DNA of 32,000 nucleotides from NCBI RefSeq assembly GCF_002111595.1, contig NZ_LUTN01000024.1, positions 721-32,720 of the forward strand, written 5' to 3'. The position numbers and the translations under genes were made by a program. This stretch comes from Lonsdalea britannica. GTDB lineage: Bacteria > Pseudomonadota > Gammaproteobacteria > Enterobacterales > Enterobacteriaceae. The notes under the pieces were generated by a model. The model saw nothing but the letters and a program-made list of their open reading frames with translations. It searched no databases and was not told the DNA's origin. Shown piece by piece: positions 22,774 to 32,000 of the stretch (its first letter is position 1; every line of letters starts with the position of its first letter).

Positions 22774-24854
22774 TGCGCGGACGCCTGCTGAATACCCAAC
22801 CGCTGAACACGCTTGTCGGCGTCGGGCCCAGTCAGGCAAATAAACTGGCCCGCATCGGCCTGGAGACGGTGGAAGACCTGCTGTTTCATCTACCGCTACG
22901 CTATGAAGATCGCACCCAACTTTACCCCATCAACGACCTGCTGCCGGGCATCTATGCCACAGTAGAAGGTGAAATTCTGCGCTGCGACGTTACCTTCGGC
23001 AGCCGACGTATGCTGACCTGCCAGATCAGCGACGGCAGCGGCATGCTCACGCTGCGTTTTTTCAACTTCAACGCCGCCATGAAGAACAGCCTGGCTACGG
23101 GCCAACGGGTTATCGCTTATGGCGAAATCCGCCGCGGCAAGCTGGGGGCTGAAATTATTCACCCCGAGTATCGGGTACAGGGCGAAGAAAGCGATGTGGC
23201 ATTACAGGAGACACTGACGCCGGTCTATCCCGCCACCGACGGCATCCGTCAGGCCACACTGCGCAAGCTGACCGATCAGGCGCTGAAACTGCTCGACCGC
23301 CACCCGATTGATGAGCTTCTTCCCCAGGAGCTCAATCACACGATGATGAGCCTGACGGAAGCGTTGCATACGCTACATCGGCCGCCGCCCAACATGCAGT
23401 TGAGCGAGCTGGAACAGGGTAAGCATCCGGCCCAGCAACGGCTAATCATGGAAGAGCTTCTGGCTCACAACCTGAGCATGCTGGCTGCACGGGCCGGCGC
23501 GCAGCGTTACCACGCGCTGGCGTTGCCTCCTCGCGATTCGCTAAAACAGCAGTTGCTGGCCGCCCTGCCGTTTTCGCCGACTCAGGCGCAAGAACGCGTC
23601 GTCGCCGAAATCGAACAGGATCTGAATCACCCCTATCCCATGATGCGACTGGTGCAGGGCGACGTCGGCTCCGGCAAAACGCTGGTGGCGGCTTTGGCCG
23701 CGTTGCGCGCTATTGCTCACGGTAAACAGGTCGCCCTCATGGCGCCGACCGAGCTGTTAGCAGAACAGCATGCGCACAATTTCCGTCAATGGTTTGCGCC
23801 TCTCGGCATCAACGTTGGATGGCTGGCCGGAAAGCAGAAAGGCAAGGCACGGCAGGCTCAGCAGGACGCCATCGCCAACGGCGATGTCGGTATGGTCGTC
23901 GGCACGCACGCCATTTTCCAACAGCAGGTTCAGTTTAACGGTCTGGCGCTGGTGATTATCGATGAGCAGCATCGGTTTGGCGTCCATCAGCGGCTTGCCC
24001 TGTGGGAAAAAGGCGAGCAGCAAGGATTTCACCCCCATCAGCTGATTATGACGGCGACGCCGATCCCGCGTACGCTGGCGATGACGGCCTACGCTGACCT
24101 GGAAACGTCCGTCATCGATGAACTTCCTCCGGGCCGAACCCCCGTCACGACCGTCGCCATCCCCGACACTCGCCGCAGCGATATCATCCAGCGTGTCGAC
24201 AATGCCTGCCAGCAGGAAGGCCGTCAGGCCTACTGGGTATGTACCCTTATTGAGGAGTCGGACCTTCTGGAAGCGCAGGCGGCGGAAGCGACCTGTCAGG
24301 AACTGCGCGAAGCGCTGCCTGAACTCACCATCGGGCTGGTGCATGGGCGGATGAGGGCGCAGGAAAAACAGCAGGTAATGGAAGCGTTCAAGTCAGGCCA
24401 AATTCAGCTGCTCGTCGCCACGACCGTGATTGAAGTCGGCGTAGACGTCCCCAACGCCAGCCTGATGATTATCGAAAACCCCGAACGACTCGGTCTGGCG
24501 CAGCTGCACCAGCTACGCGGACGTGTAGGCCGCGGCTCGGTCGCCTCCCACTGCGTGCTGTTGTACAAATCTCCGCTCAGCAAAACCGCCCAGAAGCGAT
24601 TGCAGGTATTACGGGATAGCAACGATGGCTTTGTGATCGCACAACGCGATCTTGAGATTCGTGGACCGGGTGAACTGCTAGGCACCCGTCAAACCGGCAG
24701 CGCCGAATTCAAGGTCGCCGATTTGCTGCGGGATCAGGCGTTAATCCCCCAAGTTCAGCGGATTGCACGCCATATTCATGAGCACTACCCCGACCACGCG
24801 CAAGCACTGATTGAACGCTGGCTGCCGGAAAGCGCGCGCTACACCAACGCCTGA
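22773..24854 (+). CDS. recG: ATP-dependent DNA helicase RecG
   Basis: 693 aa from ATG 22773: [48 protein letters not shown]..., [101 protein letters not shown]. Confidence 0.98.
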   Translation: MRGRLLNTQPLNTLVGVGPSQANKLARIGLETVEDLLFHLPLRYEDRTQLYPINDLLPGIYATVEGEILRCDVTFGSRRMLTCQISDGSGMLTLRFFNFNAAMKNSLATGQRVIAYGEIRRGKLGAEIIHPEYRVQGEESDVALQETLTPVYPATDGIRQATLRKLTDQALKLLDRHPIDELLPQELNHTMMSLTEALHTLHRPPPNMQLSELEQGKHPAQQRLIMEELLAHNLSMLAARAGAQRYHALALPPRDSLKQQLLAALPFSPTQAQERVVAEIEQDLNHPYPMMRLVQGDVGSGKTLVAALAALRAIAHGKQVALMAPTELLAEQHAHNFRQWFAPLGINVGWLAGKQKGKARQAQQDAIANGDVGMVVGTHAIFQQQVQFNGLALVIIDEQHRFGVHQRLALWEKGEQQGFHPHQLIMTATPIPRTLAMTAYADLETSVIDELPPGRTPVTTVAIPDTRRSDIIQRVDNACQQEGRQAYWVCTLIEESDLLEAQAAEATCQELREALPELTIGLVHGRMRAQEKQQVMEAFKSGQIQLLVATTVIEVGVDVPNASLMIIENPERLGLAQLHQLRGRVGRGSVASHCVLLYKSPLSKTAQKRLQVLRDSNDGFVIAQRDLEIRGPGELLGTRQTGSAEFKVADLLRDQALIPQVQRIARHIHEHYPDHAQALIERWLPESARYTNA

Positions 24855-24984
24855 CTGTCGACGGCGATCACTTCCTTCCACATTCTCCTTTGCGTTCGTG
24901 CATCAAAATGACACGCGCAACCGTTTGCTTTTATTAGGCAGATCATTAAAATGCGTTTTTTGTCGTTCTGGAGTGCCAACCGCC

Positions 24985-26388
24985 ATGCGTATTCCCTCTG
25001 CCGAACCTTTGCGCCCGGAAGAACCCGCCGCTGTTCATCCACGCAGCGAACTCATCTACCGCCTTGAAGACCGCCCTCCGTTGCCGCAAACGCTGTTTGC
25101 CGCCGGCCAGCATCTGTTAGCCATGTTCGTCGCCGTTATCACACCGGCGTTACTGATCTGTCAGGCGCTCGGGCTACCCGCGCAAGATACGCAACACATT
25201 ATCAGCATGTCGCTGTTTGCATCCGGTCTGGCCTCCATACTGCAAATCAAAACCTGGGGGCCTGTGGGTTCCGGGCTGCTGTCGATTCAGGGCACCAGCT
25301 TTAACTTTGTGACGCCGCTGATTATGGGCGGATTGGCGTTGAAAAACGGCGGTGCAGATGTTCCCACCATGATGGCCGCGCTGTTCGGCACACTGATGGT
25401 CGCCTCTTGTACCGAGATCCTGCTGTCCCGCGTTCTTCATCTGGCCCGGAGAATCATCACCCCGCTGGTTTCCGGCGTGGTCGTCATGATCATTGGCTTG
25501 TCGCTGATTCAGGTTGGGCTGACCTCGATTGGTGGTGGATTCGCGGCGATGAACGACCACTCGTTCGGCGCGCCCAAAAATCTGCTGCTGGCAGGCGTGG
25601 TCCTACTGGTTATCATCCTGCTGAATCGCCAGCGTAATCCCTATCTGCGGGTCGCCTCACTGGTCATCGCTATGGCCGTCGGGTATCTGGTGGCGTGGCT
25701 GATGGGCATGCTGCCGAAAGAAATGTCCAGCACGACACAGTCCGCCATCATGGTGCCGACACCGCTGTATTACGGTCTGGGCTTCGACTGGAGCCTGCTC
25801 GTACCGCTGATGCTGGTATTTATGGTGACGTCACTGGAAACCATTGGCGACATCACAGCGACGTCCGACGTCTCTGAACAACCCGTCCGCGGACCGCTGT
25901 ACATGAAACGCCTGAAGGGCGGCGTGCTGGCCAACGGCCTAAACTCCATGCTTTCCGCGGTATTCAATACCTTTCCCAACTCCTGCTTCGGTCAGAACAA
26001 TGGCGTAATCCAACTGACCGGCGTCGCCAGCCGCCATGTCGGTTTCGTCGTAGCGTTAATGCTGATTGTGCTGGGCCTATTCCCGGCCGTCAGCGGATTC
26101 GTTCAACACATCCCGGAACCAGTGCTCGGAGGCGCGACCATCGTGATGTTCGGCACGATCGCCGCCTCAGGCGTGCGCATCGTGTCTCGCGAACCGTTAA
26201 ACCGCCGGGCGATTATGATCATCGCCCTCTCGCTGGCCGTGGGTCTGGGTGTTGCGCAGCAGCCGCTGATCCTGCAATTCGCGCCAGACTGGCTGAAAAC
26301 GCTGCTGTCTTCCGGCATCGCTGCGGGCGGGATCACCGCCATCGTCTTGAATCTGGTGTTCCCGCAAGAGCAAGAAGAAAAAGAATAG
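24985..26388 (+). CDS. xanP: Xanthine permease XanP (nucleobase:cation symporter-2 family)
   Basis: From ATG 24985: [63 protein letters not shown]..., [83 protein letters not shown]. Next to yicH. Confidence 0.92.
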   Translation: MRIPSAEPLRPEEPAAVHPRSELIYRLEDRPPLPQTLFAAGQHLLAMFVAVITPALLICQALGLPAQDTQHIISMSLFASGLASILQIKTWGPVGSGLLSIQGTSFNFVTPLIMGGLALKNGGADVPTMMAALFGTLMVASCTEILLSRVLHLARRIITPLVSGVVVMIIGLSLIQVGLTSIGGGFAAMNDHSFGAPKNLLLAGVVLLVIILLNRQRNPYLRVASLVIAMAVGYLVAWLMGMLPKEMSSTTQSAIMVPTPLYYGLGFDWSLLVPLMLVFMVTSLETIGDITATSDVSEQPVRGPLYMKRLKGGVLANGLNSMLSAVFNTFPNSCFGQNNGVIQLTGVASRHVGFVVALMLIVLGLFPAVSGFVQHIPEPVLGGATIVMFGTIAASGVRIVSREPLNRRAIMIIALSLAVGLGVAQQPLILQFAPDWLKTLLSSGIAAGGITAIVLNLVFPQEQEEKE

Positions 26389-26424
26389 GGAGCCTGCTTC
26401 CAGATATTTCGTATTTACCGTGCT

Positions 26425-26460
26425 AATCAGGGTCCCATGATGCAACATCGGACCCTGATT
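26425..26460 (+). other. 11-bp perfect inverted repeat downstream of xanP (stem-loop without U-tract)
   Basis: AATCAGGGTCC (26425-26435) / GGACCCTGATT (26450-26460), followed by cttgtcagg. Confidence 0.6.
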
Positions 26461-26548
26461 CTTGTCAGGAGTATGATTACCGACTTGAGCCGCTGCAGAC
26501 ATTGCGGCATAACATTTCTATCCTCGACGACAGGCACGGACTGATACG

Positions 26549-28249
26549 ATGAAATTGATCGGGAAACTACTCATCTCACTGCTGTTACTGACCTTTCTGG
26601 TTTTGGTGGCGCTTTATCTCGCGCTGCAGACCGAATGGGGAGCCAACTGGATCAGCCGTTGGGTTAGTCAACATACCGAATACAGACTATCGCTGAAAAA
26701 GGTGTCTCTGGACTGGACGTCGCCCAGCGTATTCCAGCTCGCAGAGGTTTCATTCGGCCGTGAAAATCAGCCGACGACATTGGTCGCCAAACAGGTCTCC
26801 GTCGGGCTTAGCGTCCGCCAAATTACTACGCCGTCTCATTTCGCCAGCCTGCAGTTGGAAGGCGGAACGCTCAATCTGAGTCAAACCGGTTACGCATTGC
26901 CTTTTAAGGCTGACGTGTTGCAGTTCAAGGACATGGCGCTACAGGTGCAAGACGGCGACTGGCGGCTCAACGGACAGCAGATCAACGGCGGCATCACACC
27001 GTGGGAGCCGCAGTCCGGTCATCTGCTGGGAAACAATGCGCGTTTCCAACTCAGTGCCCGCTCGCTGACGCTGAATGATATGCCCGTCAGTCAGGTGTTT
27101 GTTGAAGGCACATTCGACAATCAGCGCCTGACGCTTAGCAACTTCGGCGCCAATGTCGCCCGGGGGGAGCTGACTGGCAGCGCGCAGCGCGCGGACGATG
27201 GTAGTTGGAAGATTGATCGCCTCAGGTTGAGTAATGTGAGGCTGCAAACTTCGCGCTCCCTCTCCGATTTCTGGCGACCTGCCGCACCGCTGCCCGCCAT
27301 CAGCATTGAGCGTTTCGATCTGATAGATGCCCGCATCGAGGGGCCGGGCTGGGCCGCCAGCGATCTTGACGCCACACTGCAACACGTCACTTTTCAACAG
27401 GATAACTGGCAGAGTGAGGACGGCTCGCTGTCGTTCAACGCATCCGATCTTATCAACGGCGACATGCATCTGATCGATCCGATTATCAATCTGGACCTGT
27501 CCGCCCAGGGGATCGCCATCCGCCAGTTCTCGACCCGTTGGGAAAGAGGACTGCTGCGTGCCAGCGGCAACTGGCAGCGCAGCGACCGCCGGCTGACGCT
27601 GGATGAGCTGGTGATCGCGGGAATGGAATACACCCTGCCGGGAGACTGGCGTCAACGCTGGCAACAGACATTGCCGTCGTGGCTGGAAACGGTCTCCGTC
27701 AAAAAATTTACCGCCAACCGTAACCTGCTGATCGATATCAATCCAGACTTCCCGTTCCAAGTAACCGCGCTTGACGGCTATGGCAGCGACCTGATGCTGG
27801 CCCGCGAGCACCAGTGGGGAATCTGGGCAGGCTCGCTTAACCTGAACGCCAGCGATGCCACGTTCAATAAAGTGGATATTCGACGCCCATCGCTGGCATT
27901 GACGGCGGACAACGAACGGATCACGTTTACCGATCTCAGCGCCTTTACGCCGGGGGGACTGTTGGAAGCAAAAGCCGATATCGGTCAGTCCCCTGCGCGT
28001 GAATTTACGCTGGATATGAATGCCAAATCCGCGGCATTCGACACATTGCTTCTCTGGGGCTGGCCGACGCCGACTCGCACGCCATCGGGTAATCTCAATT
28101 TTCAGTTAAAGCTGAAAGGTCAGATGGAGAATGCCTCGCCGCTGAAGCCCACCCTAAACGGCGTTTTGCAGGGAACAGACAACGATGGGCAACCGGTTTA
28201 TCAACGGTTGTATCAGGGTATTCTGCAGGAAGGAGCGCCGACGCCCTAA
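26549..28249 (+). CDS. yicH: AsmA-family protein YicH
   Basis: 566 aa: MKLIGKLLISLLLLTFLVLVALYLALQTEWGANWISRWVSQHTEYRLSLKKVSLDWTSPSVFQLAEVSF...; AsmA-like architecture; next to xanP as in E. coli. Confidence 0.9.
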   Translation: MKLIGKLLISLLLLTFLVLVALYLALQTEWGANWISRWVSQHTEYRLSLKKVSLDWTSPSVFQLAEVSFGRENQPTTLVAKQVSVGLSVRQITTPSHFASLQLEGGTLNLSQTGYALPFKADVLQFKDMALQVQDGDWRLNGQQINGGITPWEPQSGHLLGNNARFQLSARSLTLNDMPVSQVFVEGTFDNQRLTLSNFGANVARGELTGSAQRADDGSWKIDRLRLSNVRLQTSRSLSDFWRPAAPLPAISIERFDLIDARIEGPGWAASDLDATLQHVTFQQDNWQSEDGSLSFNASDLINGDMHLIDPIINLDLSAQGIAIRQFSTRWERGLLRASGNWQRSDRRLTLDELVIAGMEYTLPGDWRQRWQQTLPSWLETVSVKKFTANRNLLIDINPDFPFQVTALDGYGSDLMLAREHQWGIWAGSLNLNASDATFNKVDIRRPSLALTADNERITFTDLSAFTPGGLLEAKADIGQSPAREFTLDMNAKSAAFDTLLLWGWPTPTRTPSGNLNFQLKLKGQMENASPLKPTLNGVLQGTDNDGQPVYQRLYQGILQEGAPTP

Positions 28250-28270
28250 GTCAAGCGAGGCGATGACAAA

Positions 28271-28301
28271 CAGAAGGCCGGATTCGTCATCCGGCCTTCT
28301 G
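28271..28301. terminator. Probable transcription terminator between convergent yicH and fabY
   Basis: Perfect 13-bp stem CAGAAGGCCGGAT / ATCCGGCCTTCTG with 5-nt loop; weak U-tracts. Confidence 0.6.
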
Positions 28302-28353
28302 TTATTCGTGAAGAGTTATTCCCGAAACCATCGATATCTGCGCCGTAAATCAC

Positions 28354-29295
28354 TCAGTCGCCCGATAAACCCGAAGGCTCCAGAGGATCATCCGGTGTCG
28401 GCGGCAAGACCATGTACACGCCTTCAAATAATGCTCCTTTTGACCCTTCACCGAATAATTCAACGTTCAGATGCACCCTTGCCCGACGACCGCGAGCCAG
28501 CTTGTCCAGATCGCCGCTGAGCGACCCAAGATTAGCCACCGCGCTGGGACGGCCGGTGATCGGTGAGCTGTAACGAATATGCGCATCCGCCAAAACGATA
28601 GTGCCGCCCAACTGACGCTCCCGCAGCAGTAGCCAAATCAGCCCCCAGCCGGTCAAAGTCGCCAGAGAAAACAGGCTGCCAGCGAAGATGGTGTGATGGG
28701 GGTTCTGATTGACGACTTCCGGCATCGTGGTAATGAACTTCTTGCCGGTGTACTGACTGATGCGCACACCCATCTTTTCACTCAGCGGTATATGATCGTG
28801 CCAGGCTTGTTGTAGCTGTCCGCACCAGTCAGGGCGGTGCAAAATATCATCCAGCGTCGCCACCGGTTTAATCATCAGGAAATGCCGAATTGGCGTTGTC
28901 TGCGGCGTCGTGATCTCGCCCTGATCCACAAATCCCAGCTTGGCGAAAAAGGCTTTCGCTTCTTCACGCGCGCTACATACCACACGCTTGGCTCCCTCCT
29001 GACGCGCCACTGACTCCAGTGCCATCGCCAGCAAGGTGCCCAACCCTTTACGTCGAACGTCGGGGTGAACCGCCAGAAAACGGATAGAGGCCTCATTGTC
29101 AGCGTTGATATAGAGCCGTCCCACGGCGACCAGACGCCCTTGGACGTCAACGACGGTCTGATGATGGGCTAGCGAGTCATAGGCGTCGCGTTCGGAGCCT
29201 AACGGCTGCTGCAACGGTTTACGCAGCATCTCCCAGCGAAACTGGTAGTAGGCGTCCAGCTCTTTGGCGCTTTCCGGCACTCTCAAGTGATACAT
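28354..29295 (-). CDS. fabY: FabY (YiiD): GNAT N-acetyltransferase domain plus hotdog thioesterase-like C-terminal domain
   Basis: 313 aa: [37 protein letters not shown]..., GNAT motif [24 protein letters not shown], then [36 protein letters not shown]. Gene neighbour dtd. Confidence 0.9.
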   Translation of the reverse strand: MYHLRVPESAKELDAYYQFRWEMLRKPLQQPLGSERDAYDSLAHHQTVVDVQGRLVAVGRLYINADNEASIRFLAVHPDVRRKGLGTLLAMALESVARQEGAKRVVCSAREEAKAFFAKLGFVDQGEITTPQTTPIRHFLMIKPVATLDDILHRPDWCGQLQQAWHDHIPLSEKMGVRISQYTGKKFITTMPEVVNQNPHHTIFAGSLFSLATLTGWGLIWLLLRERQLGGTIVLADAHIRYSSPITGRPSAVANLGSLSGDLDKLARGRRARVHLNVELFGEGSKGALFEGVYMVLPPTPDDPLEPSGLSGD

Positions 29296-29330
29296 AAACA
29301 GCCTCGGTTAACCAAGAGATGCATTGCGAT

Positions 29331-29768
29331 CTATGCCTGTAACCAGAAGGTCACGGGGCCATCGTTGACCAATTCAACCTTCATATCGGCGGCAAAACGA
29401 CCCGTTTCGGTGGTCATGCCTTGCTCCCGGCATCGGCCGACAAAATAGTGATATAACCGTTCGGCTTCGGCAGGCGCGGCTCCACGCGAAAAACTAGGAC
29501 GCATCCCCTTCTTCGTATCGGCCGCCAGCGTAAACTGCGATACCACCAGCAGGCTGCCGCCAGCCTGACGCACATTCAGGTTCATCTTATCCTGCTCATC
29601 GCCGAAAATTCGGTACCCGATCACCCGTTCGCATAGCCGCTCGGCATTCTTTTCGTCATCACCCTGCTCAACGCCCAGCAATACGACCAATCCCGCATCG
29701 ATTTTACCGATAACTTCATTATCCACGGTAACGCTGGCTCTGGAGACGCGCTGAATTAACCCAATCAT
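29331..29768 (-). CDS. dtd: D-aminoacyl-tRNA deacylase
   Basis: 145 aa: [37 protein letters not shown]..., [42 protein letters not shown]. Confidence 0.97.
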   Translation of the reverse strand: MIGLIQRVSRASVTVDNEVIGKIDAGLVVLLGVEQGDDEKNAERLCERVIGYRIFGDEQDKMNLNVRQAGGSLLVVSQFTLAADTKKGMRPSFSRGAAPAEAERLYHYFVGRCREQGMTTETGRFAADMKVELVNDGPVTFWLQA

Positions 29769-29815
29769 AAAAACGTTGCTGCTCCTGTCTGATACTGAAT
29801 GGAAACGGCCTGGCG

Positions 29816-30427
29816 CTATTCACTCACCGTGGCGGAATGAGAAGAAAAGAAGTCTGTCAGAACCTGACGATCGTTGACCTGAATGGCATGGATGCCCAAC
29901 GCGGAAGCCGCGATGATATTGTCCGCATTGTCATCGAAGAAGATAGTGTCTTGAGCGAGGTATCCTTCCTGCTGCAACACATATTCGTAAATGCCAGCCT
30001 CAGGTTTACGCATGCCAAGTTCTTGCGACAAATACATATGGTCGGCCGCCTGCTCTATCTCAGGATAAAGCGAAGACCACTGCTGATGATGCAGGCGGTT
30101 GGTGTTCGAAAGTACCACGACCCGCTGCCCGTCGCGCCGTAGCTGCTGCATGATATCCAACACTTCAGGACGTACTCCGATAAAGATCGATTCCCAGCCT
30201 GCGGCAAACTGCTCAAAGCTGAGGGCAATCCCCATTTCGTGGCACAGCTCAGAGGCGAATGCCTCATCATCGATCTCGCCGCGCTCATGTTGTTCAAACG
30301 CATGCCCCATAACAAAGCGTTCGCTCAGGCTAGCCAGGGGGACACCGCTAAGGTTGCTCCATACTCCCAGCACCCGTTTGAAATCGATATCAATGACGAC
30401 GTTGCCCAAATCAAAGATATACAACAT
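29816..30427 (-). CDS. yihX: HAD-like alpha-D-glucose-1-phosphate phosphatase YihX
   Basis: 203 aa: [28 protein letters not shown]..., [60 protein letters not shown]. Confidence 0.93.
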   Translation of the reverse strand: MLYIFDLGNVVIDIDFKRVLGVWSNLSGVPLASLSERFVMGHAFEQHERGEIDDEAFASELCHEMGIALSFEQFAAGWESIFIGVRPEVLDIMQQLRRDGQRVVVLSNTNRLHHQQWSSLYPEIEQAADHMYLSQELGMRKPEAGIYEYVLQQEGYLAQDTIFFDDNADNIIAASALGIHAIQVNDRQVLTDFFSSHSATVSE

Positions 30428-30566
30428 AGGTCCTCCTGATGAGTGAGTAGGCTTTCACTGTAACGGTAAAAAGGAGAACTGAACAGAGAAGATCTAAGGC
30501 CTCACACACCGTTTTCGGGCGTGGTCTTACTCTGCCAAATAAGGATAACCCAATGAAAATAAATAA

Positions 30567-30600
30567 AAAAAGCCAGTCAGCTTTCGCTGACTGGCTTTTT
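30567..30600. terminator. Rho-independent terminator downstream of bipA (bidirectional in form)
   Basis: AAAAAGCCAGTCAGC-TTTC-GCTGACTGGCTTTTT perfect stem with A- and T-tracts. Confidence 0.92.
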
Positions 30601-30632
30601 CTGAAACGAGACCGTCGTTACAGAAAAGACAC

Positions 30633-32000
30633 TTAGTCTTCTTTGCTCGAGCGACCCGCGCGGCGGCGGTCGTTTTCGGTCAGGTGACGTTTACGCAGAC
30701 GAACAGACGTCGGCGTCACTTCTACCAGTTCGTCGTCATCGATGAATTCCAGAGCCTGCTCCAGAGTCATCTTGACCGGCGGTACCAGCGTCGTGGCTTC
30801 ATCCGTACCGGAAGCACGCATGTTGGTCAGTTTCTTACCGGTCAGGCAGTTCACGGTCAGGTCGTTAGAACGTGAGTGAATACCGATGATCTGGCTTCAT
30901 AAACTTCGGCACCGTGACCCAGGAACAATTTACCGCGATCCTGCAGACCGTACAGAGCAAATGCGACCGCTTTACCCTGACCATTAGAGATCAGTACGCC
31001 GTTCTGACGCTGACCGATATCGCCCGGACGCACGTCATCGTAATGACTGAACGTGGAGTACAGCAGACCAGTACCCGATGTCATGGTCATGAACTCGGTA
31101 CGGAAACCGATCAGACCGCGGCTTGGGATAACGTAGTCGAGACGAATACGGCCCTTGCCATCCGGAACCATATCTTTAACGTCGCCTTTACGCTCGCCCA
31201 TCGCCTGCATGACGGAGCCCTGATGCTGTTCTTCGATATCCAGCGTCACGTTTTCAAACGGCTCTTGATTGCGACCGTCGATCACGCGGTTGATAACTTT
31301 CGGACGTGAAACGGCCATTTCGAAGCCTTCACGACGCATGTTTTCAATCAGAACGGACAGGTGAAGCTCACCACGACCGGATACGCGGAAAGCATCCGCA
31401 TCTTCAGTCTCTTCCACGCGCAGCGCAACGTTGTGGATCAGTTCTTTGTTCAGACGCTCAAGGATCTGACGCGACGTCACGAACTTACCTTCTTTACCGC
31501 AGAAAGGAGACGTGTTGACGCAGAAGAACATGGTCACGGTCGGTTCGTCGACGCTCAGCGCAGGCAGCGCTTCAACGGTAGCCGGATCGCAAATAGTATC
31601 GGAAATGTTCAGTTCGCCCAGACCGGTGATAGCGATGATATCGCCCGCTTCAGCCAGCGTGGATTCGATACGCTCCAGACCCATGTGGCCCAAGACTTTA
31701 CCGACTTTACCGTTACGCGTTTTGCCTTCGCTGTCAATGACAGTAACCTGCTGGTTAGGCTTAACCATGCCGCGTTTGATACGGCCGATACCGATAACAC
31801 CGACGTAGTTGTTGTAGTCCAGCTGGGAGATTTGCATCTGCAGCGGGCCGTCGCGGTCCACTTTCGGCGCTTCAACGTGTTCGATGATCGCTTCAAACAG
31901 CGGAGTCATGTCGCTGGCCATGTCGGAGTGATCCAGACCGGCGATACCGTTCAACGCGGAAGCGTAAACGATCGGGAAGTCCAGCTGCTCGTCAGTAGCA
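30633..32000 (-). CDS. bipA: Ribosome-associated GTPase BipA/TypA, C-terminal portion (5' end beyond the right edge), interrupted by an apparent 1-nt deletion near 30893-30896
   Basis: Frame 1: ...[72 protein letters not shown]...[28 protein letters not shown]. Adding one base gives ...[91 protein letters not shown] ending at 30633. Confidence 0.95.

Overview
This 32 kb window looks like ordinary core chromosome from an enterobacterium (Enterobacterales; the gene content suggests a Pectobacteriaceae-like genome, which is inference). In order it carries: a dcuR-like response regulator (cut by the left edge), dcuS, a DASS-family anion permease, ibpB, ibpA, yidQ, yidR, a BhsA/DUF1471 small protein, yidA, uspA, uspB, pitA, yhiN, an Acr3/SBF-family permease, tRNA-Pro(CGG), eptB, ligB, gmk, rpoZ, spoT, trmH, recG, xanP, yicH, fabY(yiiD), dtd, yihX and bipA (cut by the right edge). 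I found no CRISPR array, prophage, transposon, toxin-antitoxin or defence island, and no convincing undescribed system. The most notable observations are: (1) four conserved genes (dcuS, eptB, spoT, bipA) are each split by one apparent missing base next to a short homopolymer, which points to sequence or assembly indels rather than biology; (2) ROSE-type RNA-thermometer hairpins with the diagnostic bulged G sit at the Shine-Dalgarno of both ibpA and ibpB, with a sigma-32-like promoter upstream of ibpA; (3) a DASS permease lies directly upstream of dcuS-dcuR, with an 11-bp tandem direct repeat in its long AT-rich upstream region; (4) there are several unexplained inverted repeats in intergenic regions.
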